NCBI GenBank assembly: GCA_041691135.1
Contig: JBEPVF010000002.1
Span: 32,001 to 96,000, forward strand
Length of the DNA: 64,000 nucleotides
Source: Candidatus Peribacteria bacterium
GTDB taxonomy: Bacteria > Patescibacteriota > Gracilibacteria > Peribacterales > Peribacteraceae
Reading direction: 5' to 3'
A program made the position numbers and the translations under genes. This document shows, one piece after another, positions 28,944 through 37,678 of this stretch. The notes below the pieces were generated by a model. That model ran no database searches, had not been told where the DNA came from, and worked only from the letters and a program-made list of their open reading frames with translations. Position 1 is the first letter of the stretch, and every line of letters begins with the position of its first letter.

Positions 28944-31559
28944 TCAAATATTTGCTGACTTCGACTGAACTTTGGCCCATGCCGCTGATAAATGTTCGAT
29001 AGCCTCATCAATTTCCCGAAGCAGAACAGGCCCGATATTCTCAATTAATCCCCGTTCCTGGGAAGTCAGGGAAAGATAGTCTCCCACCGTATAGATAGCC
29101 TCGCTTTCAAAAGTATTGATCGCCCGGAGAGGAACAGCTAATTCGGTGAGGGCAGTGTCGTGGAATGGATGATGGTAGCCACTTGCCAATGTACGAACTG
29201 TCGACAAGGTATTCTGTTCATCTTCATCCGCGCGATCTCTTTCATACATTCCAAGAGCATAGCGAAGCGGGTGATCGGATATTTGTAATTTCGCCAATGC
29301 TTTAGCTTCGATCTGTCTCACGCGTTCACGTGTCACTTTCAAAACTTTCGCACATTCCTCCAGAGTGTTCGCTCTTCCATAGAGGGCAGGATCGAAGGTG
29401 AGCTGAAGTGGTGGCACCTTGGTTGGATCTATATGTTCGGTAAAACCCAGACCATAGCGCAGGTTAAGAACAAGACGTTCGCGACTGGGTAATGACCGAA
29501 GCGCGAGTTGCATTGCGTCGCGCCGCTGTATGTCATATGCGTTGTCCTCAGGTGCGCATTCTCTCCCCTCAGCAATAAAATACATTCTCGCCGTTTCACC
29601 TTCTCCCAACGGATTATCCAAACTTATGAGCGACCTATCCATATCGAGCGCATGACTGACGTCAGCCTCTGCGAGATCCAAGGCGTCTGCGATTTGCTTG
29701 CAACTCGGCTTTTCAAAATATGTTTGCTGATAATCACCGATGTATCGGTGAATATGTATCAGCCTTTCGTTTATGTGAACGGGTAAACGGATTTCTCGCT
29801 TGTCGTTTGCAATGGACCGCGTGATGCGCTGCCTGATCCAGTGCGTCGCATACGTAGAAAATTTCAATCCACGGCTAGGATCCCACAAATCAACCGCACG
29901 CATTGCACCCAGTATTCCCTCTTTGATCACGTCCATGAAGGGAATGCCTTTGTTTCTATAGTTTTTTGCAATCGATACGCACAGCCTGGTATTTGCCAAT
30001 ACAAGTTTTTGCCGGCGTGTATTCAGGCCTGCATGCAAGGCACCTATCTCTTCGAGTATCCCATCGAATGCACTCGGTGTTTCTCCCGTCTCCCGAACAA
30101 GTTCCTGCCGAAGCGAGTCTCGATTCTCGTCAGTCGCTTTGGCAAGTCGAGACTGCAAATCCACACCAGACTGCAAAAGCTCAGAGAATATTTCATCACG
30201 AAAAGGCATTACTGTGAGCATCCGTTCCAGCACGGCAATGCCTTCGGGCGAAGGTGTTTCGGTTGTTTCATCCGATTGTCTGTCCTCCACCTCCAGGGCA
30301 TTGAGCGTATTGAGTATGAGCATCTTATTGACCGATGGGCTTAGGCCAGGGGCAAACTGCGTCTCTGTTGTGTGTTTCGGTACATTGAAATATGTGGTGA
30401 TCCGAAGGCTTTCTTCGGAATCAAACAATGACCGGTATATTGCAACAGCCTTTGTTTGGAAGAAATGATGTGACAGCATTGTATGTCGCAAATCCGTTCG
30501 CAAGTCCACGATCAAATACCCCAAGTCAGACTCTTGTTGTTTGGAAAGCAAAGGAGCCCTGGTGACACTGGCAAAGAAATGATTGATGTCATCCAAAATG
30601 ATTTTTCGCGTTTTCGCATCACTATCTTCCACTTCCCGAAGTTGCAGCAGCTCTGTCGGCTGAATTTCCCAATCTGCCGCATCCGCCGATATATCGTCTT
30701 CAAGCGTATCTGTGGTCCCCACATCTATGACGTCAATGGTTTCGGCCGTTTCAATATGCAAGTCGCGCGCGCCAATATGATAGCGTTTAACAAACAGCTG
30801 AAATGCCGCACGGCGCTCGACCAGTTTCGCAAGTACCGTGCAAAGCGCAGCCGATACTTCCGGCGAAAAGATATCACCATTGATGCGTTGAAATACATTT
30901 GCAGTAAGACGAGCTTCTTTCAACACTTCGGCAATGATTGCTTCTTCCTGATCTGCTTTTTCAGGCTGTCTGTCCTGCTGCAAATTGGATGCCGGGGTCT
31001 GCTGCGGCACTTGCTTTCTCCACTCGCTGACCGCCGGACCGTACAATTTAAAACGCTCAAGAAAGGCTTTTTTCGCGCCTGACACCTTGCGGATCGCGTC
31101 AAGCATACGAAGAATGTCTGCTTTCTGCTCAGGGTTGTAGATTCCCACATGTCTTGCAAGGGTGTCGGGAGTGAAGTGCGTCGAGGTTTCGAACGCTTTA
31201 TGGATGGCGTCATCGAGTGTAATACCCTTCGGCAAAAGCTGTGGGGATAGTTCCTGTGCAACAGGCACCTCATGTTCATCGGAGGACGTGGAAGAACTGC
31301 CAGAGGCACGTTGCTGCATGACAGATTCAATGTCAGCACGTATCTGTAAAAACGCCTGCCATGCCTGCCGTGGCATCAATACCGGTTTTTTTCCGGACTG
31401 CAAAAGAGCGTGAATTTTATCGAGCGTAATATCCTGTTGGACCCATGGATCGCGCATGTGCACCCTCTTTATTGCGTTAACAGCATCTTCGACGCGCTCA
31501 GCATCTATCGTGCCGATTGATGGCAAAACACCTAGTTTCATGAAAAGGTATTGATTCAA
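28944..31559 (-). CDS. RpoD-like sigma-70 protein with long N-terminal extension and C-terminal RNAP alpha-CTD-like domain
   Basis: NTRLCVSIAKNY, DPSRGLKFSTYATHWIRQ, IRLPVH, TLEE...VTRERVRQIEAKALAKL; tail LTELAVPLRAINTF...IYTVGDY...IENIGPVLLREI. Confidence 0.92.
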   Translation of the reverse strand: MNQYLFMKLGVLPSIGTIDAERVEDAVNAIKRVHMRDPWVQQDITLDKIHALLQSGKKPVLMPRQAWQAFLQIRADIESVMQQRASGSSSTSSDEHEVPVAQELSPQLLPKGITLDDAIHKAFETSTHFTPDTLARHVGIYNPEQKADILRMLDAIRKVSGAKKAFLERFKLYGPAVSEWRKQVPQQTPASNLQQDRQPEKADQEEAIIAEVLKEARLTANVFQRINGDIFSPEVSAALCTVLAKLVERRAAFQLFVKRYHIGARDLHIETAETIDVIDVGTTDTLEDDISADAADWEIQPTELLQLREVEDSDAKTRKIILDDINHFFASVTRAPLLSKQQESDLGYLIVDLRTDLRHTMLSHHFFQTKAVAIYRSLFDSEESLRITTYFNVPKHTTETQFAPGLSPSVNKMLILNTLNALEVEDRQSDETTETPSPEGIAVLERMLTVMPFRDEIFSELLQSGVDLQSRLAKATDENRDSLRQELVRETGETPSAFDGILEEIGALHAGLNTRRQKLVLANTRLCVSIAKNYRNKGIPFMDVIKEGILGAMRAVDLWDPSRGLKFSTYATHWIRQRITRSIANDKREIRLPVHINERLIHIHRYIGDYQQTYFEKPSCKQIADALDLAEADVSHALDMDRSLISLDNPLGEGETARMYFIAEGRECAPEDNAYDIQRRDAMQLALRSLPSRERLVLNLRYGLGFTEHIDPTKVPPLQLTFDPALYGRANTLEECAKVLKVTRERVRQIEAKALAKLQISDHPLRYALGMYERDRADEDEQNTLSTVRTLASGYHHPFHDTALTELAVPLRAINTFESEAIYTVGDYLSLTSQERGLIENIGPVLLREIDEAIEHLSAAWAKVQSKSANI

Positions 31560-31713
31560 TCATAAGACCTCTCTTTGTCCAAACAATTCACTGCCGCTGT
31601 GGGAGTTCACAAGGAGACAATGCACGTAATGTCTTGTTTTAGTTTTCAATCGTCCATGTAGAGTCGGCACAGTAAAAGCAGACAGCCTATCGTAGTGCGA
31701 TCATGAACATCGT

Positions 31714-33834
31714 TTATTTTCTCATTGCTATGGATAATTTTCTTTCAGCTGCCTGTTGGATTATTCTGATGCCTTCACGCGACATACCCATGGCTTCACC
31801 CAACTCTCGAAGTGTTTTTGGTTTACCGGTATCAAGACCATATCGCTCTGTAACGACGTCTCTTTCCGTGTCACTCAACAAATCCAGCTGCTCAAATAAC
31901 CGGTTCATATTTTCTCGAGATATACAGCTGTCTTCCGTTCCCGGCGCGCTATCCTCCACTTCATCTATTGGAAGCAAGTCCGACGAAGGATCAGTTATCA
32001 ACTGACCCGTTCTCGGCATTCCTCGCGACGTAAAAAAAGTGTCGCGTAACAGTAGCATTCTCCGTGGAGAAATATTTAATTCTCCAGTGACCTCTTCAAA
32101 GGTCGGTCTGGTTCCCGTTTCTTCTTCCAACTTATGTTCGGCCATTCGAAAGCGATGTGTCAGATCCTGAAGATATTTAGGAAATCGGATCATTTTCGTT
32201 TCATTAGCCATGGCAACTCTGATGCATTGTTTAATCCAATAAGCGGCAAATGTGCTAAATCTTTTTTTTCGAAGGGGATCAAAGCTTTCTACGGCCCGCA
32301 GAAGACCGTTCTGACCTTCCGCTATAAGATCCGGCAATGGCAGTCCGGATCTTAGAAATTGCCTGGCGATACTGACGACCAGACGAAGGTTCGCACAGAC
32401 TAAGTGGTCACGCGCTTGCTTCCCTTGGCCGATAGTTTTGATAAGCCCATCTTCATACGGCGGTAAGTCAGTACATGACATCAAGCAATCAAGGCCCTGC
32501 TGAAGTAGCCTTAACTGAAGAGACAACTTTTCTTCTCGTTCCACAGTCGTAGCGGCCGTTGAAATGGCACGAGCCATGCGTAATTTTTTATACCTCCTCA
32601 AAAGAGAAGCAAATTCAGTAGGCGGTACTTTACGATCTCCATCGAGTATAATCAGTAATTTTTCAAAATTATCTGGTCGCTCTTCAATAAAGGCTGCTAA
32701 ATCCTCCTCCGCTTCATCGCCTCCTTGGATCATATAGGCGAGATCGATTTCTTCTTGGGGCGTCAGCAAATCGACTCCATTGATCTCTGAATAGTACATA
32801 GCATTTGCACTCATCATGCCCTTATCAGACGCAGAACGACCTCGGGATGCCGTCACCTGGCCATTTGTTTCGTCTGCTACTTTAGCGGGAAATTTCCCTC
32901 CATTTAAATTTTCTGGCTTATGGTTTTTACCGTTGTGGGAAGATCCGTTCCTTGTGCCGTTCACCGCATCGTCGGCAAGAATTTGATACAGCTTGGCCAA
33001 TGTCACTCCGGTTCGATGCGCGATCTTCTCCAATGTTTCTCGGCGTCCATCCAAACATATATTCAGTGAAGTATACAATTTTTTCCGCGCCGTCCTCTGT
33101 ACCTTGGACGATGTGGGATCGGCCAGAAATTCGGACATCTGAGGAAGGGTTTTGTACTGTGCAAATTTGCTCTGGGCTTCATCCAGACGACTGCGAATGA
33201 CTGTCTCCGCATGAGCCGTAAAATACCCGTCCTGATACGTATCCATCGCCAACGACAAAGCATCTTCTATTTCAGTCCGCACAACCGACTGAGGCAGGTC
33301 TGCGCCCGCGTATTCGAGCCGGAGATTTTCGACAAGCTCCGTGCAAAGATTTTGCAGTTGTACTCTTGCACGCAAACCGAAGCTCAACATATGTTCCTTG
33401 GTTACCATCGAGTCCCGCAATGTGGGCGTCGCTATGTTTTTGGCAAGCGGTATCAACGTGTCGGGAGTCATCTGAGCCGCAAACAGCAACGGTAAAATAC
33501 TTGGCATTTCGGCCGTAGTCGCCGTCTGCAATTGCTCGCGTATTTCATGTTCTTTTTCAGACAATTGCAAAACAGTCCGTATCCCCGAGCGAACAGTCGT
33601 TGGACGCGCAGGCGCGATACCCAGTGCTATCAATCTTTCGTCGGAAAGAGCGGTCACGCACGCTGCCAACCCTTCCAATTGCGCTTGTACCTGGGGATTG
33701 TCTGTATTGCCGAGCAGAACAGTTTGCACTGTCGTTAACAGCGAAGCGCGATGATCACGAGACGCGGACAACCACGAAACCAACGTGTGATTGTCCACCG
33801 AGTCTGCCGCGGACTGAGGTTCGTTTATTGGCAT
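31714..33834 (-). CDS. Sigma-70 family protein (RpoS/RpoD-like core) with ~330-aa N-terminal extension
   Basis: Region 1.2 YYSEINGVDLLTPQEE, ANLRLVVSIA, DLIAEG..GLLRAVESFDP, FSTFAAYWIKQ, TLRELG...SREGIR. Confidence 0.92.
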   Translation of the reverse strand: MPINEPQSAADSVDNHTLVSWLSASRDHRASLLTTVQTVLLGNTDNPQVQAQLEGLAACVTALSDERLIALGIAPARPTTVRSGIRTVLQLSEKEHEIREQLQTATTAEMPSILPLLFAAQMTPDTLIPLAKNIATPTLRDSMVTKEHMLSFGLRARVQLQNLCTELVENLRLEYAGADLPQSVVRTEIEDALSLAMDTYQDGYFTAHAETVIRSRLDEAQSKFAQYKTLPQMSEFLADPTSSKVQRTARKKLYTSLNICLDGRRETLEKIAHRTGVTLAKLYQILADDAVNGTRNGSSHNGKNHKPENLNGGKFPAKVADETNGQVTASRGRSASDKGMMSANAMYYSEINGVDLLTPQEEIDLAYMIQGGDEAEEDLAAFIEERPDNFEKLLIILDGDRKVPPTEFASLLRRYKKLRMARAISTAATTVEREEKLSLQLRLLQQGLDCLMSCTDLPPYEDGLIKTIGQGKQARDHLVCANLRLVVSIARQFLRSGLPLPDLIAEGQNGLLRAVESFDPLRKKRFSTFAAYWIKQCIRVAMANETKMIRFPKYLQDLTHRFRMAEHKLEEETGTRPTFEEVTGELNISPRRMLLLRDTFFTSRGMPRTGQLITDPSSDLLPIDEVEDSAPGTEDSCISRENMNRLFEQLDLLSDTERDVVTERYGLDTGKPKTLRELGEAMGMSREGIRIIQQAAERKLSIAMRK

Positions 33835-33953
33835 ACATTAAACGGTGCTGCAATGTACATCCTTCAATTTGTTTTGCAATTAAATGCATTTCTGTCCAAG
33901 TTCAGACTTGTATCTCTGCGGAGAAAATCAATCGCTAGCTACTGAATACTAAA

Positions 33954-33984
33954 CGCGGGGTCTGCCAGATGACAGACCCCTGCG
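33954..33984. terminator. Hairpin between the STAS gene and the sigma gene
   Basis: CGCGGGGTCTG ... CAGACCCCTGCG. Confidence 0.5.
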
Positions 33985-34016
33985 TGAGATACCTCCTTTC
34001 TTAGGACGGTCTTCCT

Positions 34017-34376
34017 TCAGATGGTCAGGAACAAATCGAGGGCTTGCATTTCGGTGTCGCAGACATTCACGACACCATCGAAGCCACTGATCCGGAGTGC
34101 ATGGCGGAGATCAGAATCAGCTCCGATCACTGGCAGAGTTTGCCCCATCTCAACGAGCCTGTTTCTGAGGCCCAAAAATCGGGGCAGAGCCAACGATGAC
34201 AAGACTGTCACGCCATGCAGGTCGAGGACGATCTTGTCATGGCCCTGATCGACCAGGTCAAACAGCTCGTCACAAACCTGAGTGACAACCCCAGCATCCT
34301 CAATTCTGGCGTCCGCGAAGGTCACAAACGCCACCCCTCGTTCTTTCCTCAGTTTCAATCTGCTTGAGCCGCTCAA
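34017..34376 (-). CDS. STAS domain protein (anti-sigma antagonist-like)
   Basis: KIVLDLHGVTVLSSLAL, LRISGFD; TTG start with GGAGG upstream. Confidence 0.9.
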   Translation of the reverse strand: MSGSSRLKLRKERGVAFVTFADARIEDAGVVTQVCDELFDLVDQGHDKIVLDLHGVTVLSSLALPRFLGLRNRLVEMGQTLPVIGADSDLRHALRISGFDGVVNVCDTEMQALDLFLTI

Positions 34377-34515
34377 GTTAGTACCTCCCAGTTGAAGACA
34401 AGGATCTCACGCTTTTTATATATTGATTCATATTTTAAAATTGTCAAATTTATGACGCATTCTTTCCCCAACAACCTTCCTATCCAAAGCGGGCAACTGC
34501 TTCTAGTATCTGCCT

Positions 34516-34938
34516 ATGGAAGAATCCGCCACGTATCGTCCTCCGGTGCACCAAAAAGTACGGCGCCGTTTTTATGTTTCCTTGATCCTGGGTCTCATCA
34601 TGCTGATGATTGCGCTCTACGATTCCGGAACGCATGACATGCCGGTGTGGCAGGTCCTCGCCTAGATCCTGGGCGGGACGATTATCGGCGCGCTGTTCGG
34701 CAAGCTGACCAAAGTGCGATGGGATACAGACAAAGAACTGATCATTTTTCAGGAGAGACAGGGCATCATCATGCTTCTGTATGTCGTCATCCGTGTGATC
34801 GGCGAACTGGTGATACATCGGACAATGGGCTCGGCCATTTACTTCATCGATATTATCCTTCTGTTTGCCGCCGGGTCGCAGATCGGTCGTTCGATCGGCA
34901 TCGCACGAAATGTGCGGGAACATATCCGCAATTCCTGA
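34516..34938 (+). pseudogene. 140-codon membrane protein interrupted by an in-frame TAG
   Basis: MEESATY...WQVLA*ILGGTIIGALFGK...HIRNS; TAG at 34663-34665 lies inside a TM helix. Confidence 0.75.
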
Positions 34939-34975
34939 AGAAAGCCCTGATTTGAGATATATGCGCGATAAGACT

Positions 34976-35032
34976 ATTTGACATACGAAATGTTAGAGGT
35001 TATCATCCTTCTCCTTATTTCGTCTATCGAAC
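34976..35032 (+). promoter_or_regulatory. Sigma-70 promoter with two MarR-type operator boxes
   Basis: TTGACA(34978)-17 nt-TATCAT(35001); ATTTGACATACGAAAT and ATTTCGTCTATCGAAC are related in inverse orientation. Confidence 0.7.
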
Positions 35033-35036
35033 AGTC

Positions 35037-35453
35037 ATGACCAATCGCGACTCGGACATTGCCGGCATGATGCTCGAACTGAGCCGTCTGATCCGGCGCA
35101 AACACGCGCAGAGCAAAGGCGTGAATTTCCTGCGATCACATGCATTGTGCTTCATCACCGATCACGGCAGCGTCACGTTGACCGAGTTCTCGAAAGGAAT
35201 GAACATCTCGCCGTCTACGGCAAGCGTCTTTATCGGCCGGCTGGAAAAACTGAAGCTGGTCGTGCGCACCAAGAATCCCGCGAACAAGCGGCAAGTGCAC
35301 ATCAACTTATCAGCCATGGGAAAGAAAGCCGTCAAAGACACCGACCGCCGCAAGCAGAAAATCCTGGCCGATCTTTTTTCGGTCCTGTCGGACAAAGACC
35401 GCAACGATCTCAACAAAATACTCAGCACTATCCTCCTCTCCCACAACTCCTAA
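35037..35453 (+). CDS. MarR family regulator
   Basis: ISPSTAS...RLEKLKLV.R...NKR...LS..G. Confidence 0.92.
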   Translation: MTNRDSDIAGMMLELSRLIRRKHAQSKGVNFLRSHALCFITDHGSVTLTEFSKGMNISPSTASVFIGRLEKLKLVVRTKNPANKRQVHINLSAMGKKAVKDTDRRKQKILADLFSVLSDKDRNDLNKILSTILLSHNS

Positions 35454-35456
35454 CCT

Positions 35457-36110
35457 ATGGAAAAAAATACGACCGCACCGGCTCCCGTCCCCGCTCGGGC
35501 ATCGCGCAACAAGCAAATCATTCTGACTATTCTGGCGGTACTCGGCATCGTCGCCCTCGTCGGCGGAACGATGTACTGGCTGAACGGACGCAAATACGTC
35601 AGCACGGACAAAGCCCAAATCTCGGCTCCGCTGATCCAGCTGGCGCCGCGGACTCCGGGCGTACTCATGCATATTTCGGTAAAAGAGGGCGACGCGCTGT
35701 ATCCGGGCGAGTCGGTGGCCAGAGTGGGCGGCGAGATTCTGTCGTCGCAGATCTCGGGCATCGCCGTGATGGTGAAGAACGATATCGGCGCGCAGTATTC
35801 ACCCAGTTCGCCGGTCGTCACGATGATCGATCCGAATGCACTGCAGGTGGTGGCGCGGATCGAGGAAGACAAAGGACTGAAAGACATCTACGTCGGACAG
35901 CGCGTGATCTTTACCGTCGATGCGTTCGGTTCGCAAAAGTTCGAAGGTACCGTCGCCTCGGTCAGCATGACCAGCCACGAGGGCGATGTGGTCTTCAATA
36001 TTTCTGACAAGCGCGAGCTGCAGCAGTTCGATGTCAAAATCGATTACGATCATGCGAAGTACAAGGAATTGCAGAACGGCATGTCCGCCAAAGTATGGAT
36101 CGTCAAATGA
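35457..36110 (+). CDS. HlyD/EmrA-like membrane fusion protein (short, little or no hairpin)
   Basis: N-terminal TM, VSTDKA, lipoyl halves, GQRV.FTVDAF, GMSAKV. Confidence 0.88.
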   Translation: MEKNTTAPAPVPARASRNKQIILTILAVLGIVALVGGTMYWLNGRKYVSTDKAQISAPLIQLAPRTPGVLMHISVKEGDALYPGESVARVGGEILSSQISGIAVMVKNDIGAQYSPSSPVVTMIDPNALQVVARIEEDKGLKDIYVGQRVIFTVDAFGSQKFEGTVASVSMTSHEGDVVFNISDKRELQQFDVKIDYDHAKYKELQNGMSAKVWIVK

Positions 36111-37600
36111 ACGCGCCGGCTCCGGCACGGCAGGGGCCGAGCAATTGGATGGTGCTGCTGACAGTGATCATCGGTACCTTTTTGGGACGTCTGGATCAGA
36201 CGATCGTCAACCTGGCTCTGCCAAAGATGATCGATGACTTTCATATAACAGTCACCTCAGCCGGCTGGATCGCGACGGCATACATTCTGGCCAACGCCGT
36301 GTTCGTGCCGGTGTGGGGAAAACTGGGCGACACCATCGGCCGCAAAAAAGTGTACATCGCCGGCTTCGCGCTGTTCATCGTCGGATCGGTGCTGGCAGGT
36401 CTGGCTTGGAATCTTCCATCGATGATCCTATTCCGTGTGATCCAGGCGGTTGCCGGATCGGCCGATTACCCGACGGCGATGGCGATTCTGGCCACCACGT
36501 TCCGCGAAGAAAAACCTCGTGCACAGGCACTCGGCATCTGGTCGGCATCATTCGCCGCGGCAGCCGTGTTCGGCCCGCTCATCGGCGGACCGCTGATCGA
36601 TGGATTCGGCTGGCGCGCCGTGTTCATGGTCAATCTTCCGGTGGGACTGGTGGGACTGCTGATGGCGCTGCACTACATCCAGGAATCGGTCTCCGAAAAA
36701 AGGACGCACAAGTTCGACGTGTTCGGCGCGTTCGCACTGGGCGTCGCGCTGTCGGCGATCGTGCTGGTGCTCGACAAAGGCATCGATTGGGGATGGACAT
36801 CGGGGCAGAGCATGACGGCCTACGCGGTCGCCATCATCGCCGGAGTGCTTTTCTACTGGCAGGAGAAGCGGCATCCCGAACCAGTGGTGGATCTGCGCTT
36901 TTTCCGCAACAACATTCTGGTCCAGACGGTCGCCAACAACTTCATCGTCTTCATGGGCATGATGGGGAGCGTCTTCCTGATTCCCGTCTTCGCGCAGACA
37001 TTTCTCGGCATGGATGCGACGCAGTCCGGACTGCTGTTCGTACCGATGGCTTTCTCGCTCATGCTCGGTGCACCGATCGGCGGACGGCTGACTGGCAAAG
37101 TGCAACCCAGGTATGTCATTTTCGTAAGCACGCTGATTGCCGGTATCGCGTTATACTTTTTCACGCGCGTCGATGCGCGATCAACATCCATCGACATCAT
37201 GCTGCCGCTCTCGTTCATGGCATTCGGCATCGGACTCGGCATGGCGCAACGCACGAACGTGGTTGCGGCGGCCGTCCCGGCCAGCGAAATAGGCATCGCC
37301 TCCTCGATCCTCGCCTTGGCGCGCAACATCGCCGGCGCATTCGGCGTCGCGATCTCGGCGACGTTGCTCAAGAACGTAACCGAGGGCAATGTGCTCCGCA
37401 TCACCAAATTGAGCACCCTGCACAGTACGCTTCCCGCCGACTACGCCAAATTCGTAGCACTCATTGGACTCAAGGCGCAGATCGATGCGTACGGCACAGT
37501 GTTTTTCATTTCATCCGTCCTCATCACCATCGGCGCATTCCTGATTCTGTTCATGCCGAATGTGAAACTGGATCCGAAGGTAACGGTGCACGTGGAATAA
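36107..37600 (+). CDS. DHA2 (EmrB/QacA) MFS transporter
   Basis: LDQTIVNLALP, WIATAY, GKLGDTIGRK, GPLIGG, VNLPVG. Confidence 0.95.
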   Translation: MNAPAPARQGPSNWMVLLTVIIGTFLGRLDQTIVNLALPKMIDDFHITVTSAGWIATAYILANAVFVPVWGKLGDTIGRKKVYIAGFALFIVGSVLAGLAWNLPSMILFRVIQAVAGSADYPTAMAILATTFREEKPRAQALGIWSASFAAAAVFGPLIGGPLIDGFGWRAVFMVNLPVGLVGLLMALHYIQESVSEKRTHKFDVFGAFALGVALSAIVLVLDKGIDWGWTSGQSMTAYAVAIIAGVLFYWQEKRHPEPVVDLRFFRNNILVQTVANNFIVFMGMMGSVFLIPVFAQTFLGMDATQSGLLFVPMAFSLMLGAPIGGRLTGKVQPRYVIFVSTLIAGIALYFFTRVDARSTSIDIMLPLSFMAFGIGLGMAQRTNVVAAAVPASEIGIASSILALARNIAGAFGVAISATLLKNVTEGNVLRITKLSTLHSTLPADYAKFVALIGLKAQIDAYGTVFFISSVLITIGAFLILFMPNVKLDPKVTVHVE

Positions 37601-37678
37601 AAATGGTTTGGAAAAATATGTATAAATAGAGGCTCTCTTCCTTTATCAATTACGGAATAAAGGTTACACTCTCACCCT

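Noticed and set aside
31560-31690. UGA read-through (code 25) extending the 871-aa sigma upstream
   Set aside because: Many conserved genes here end in TGA (atpG, recQ, uvrA), so code 11 applies; the open upstream stretch is only about 40 codons
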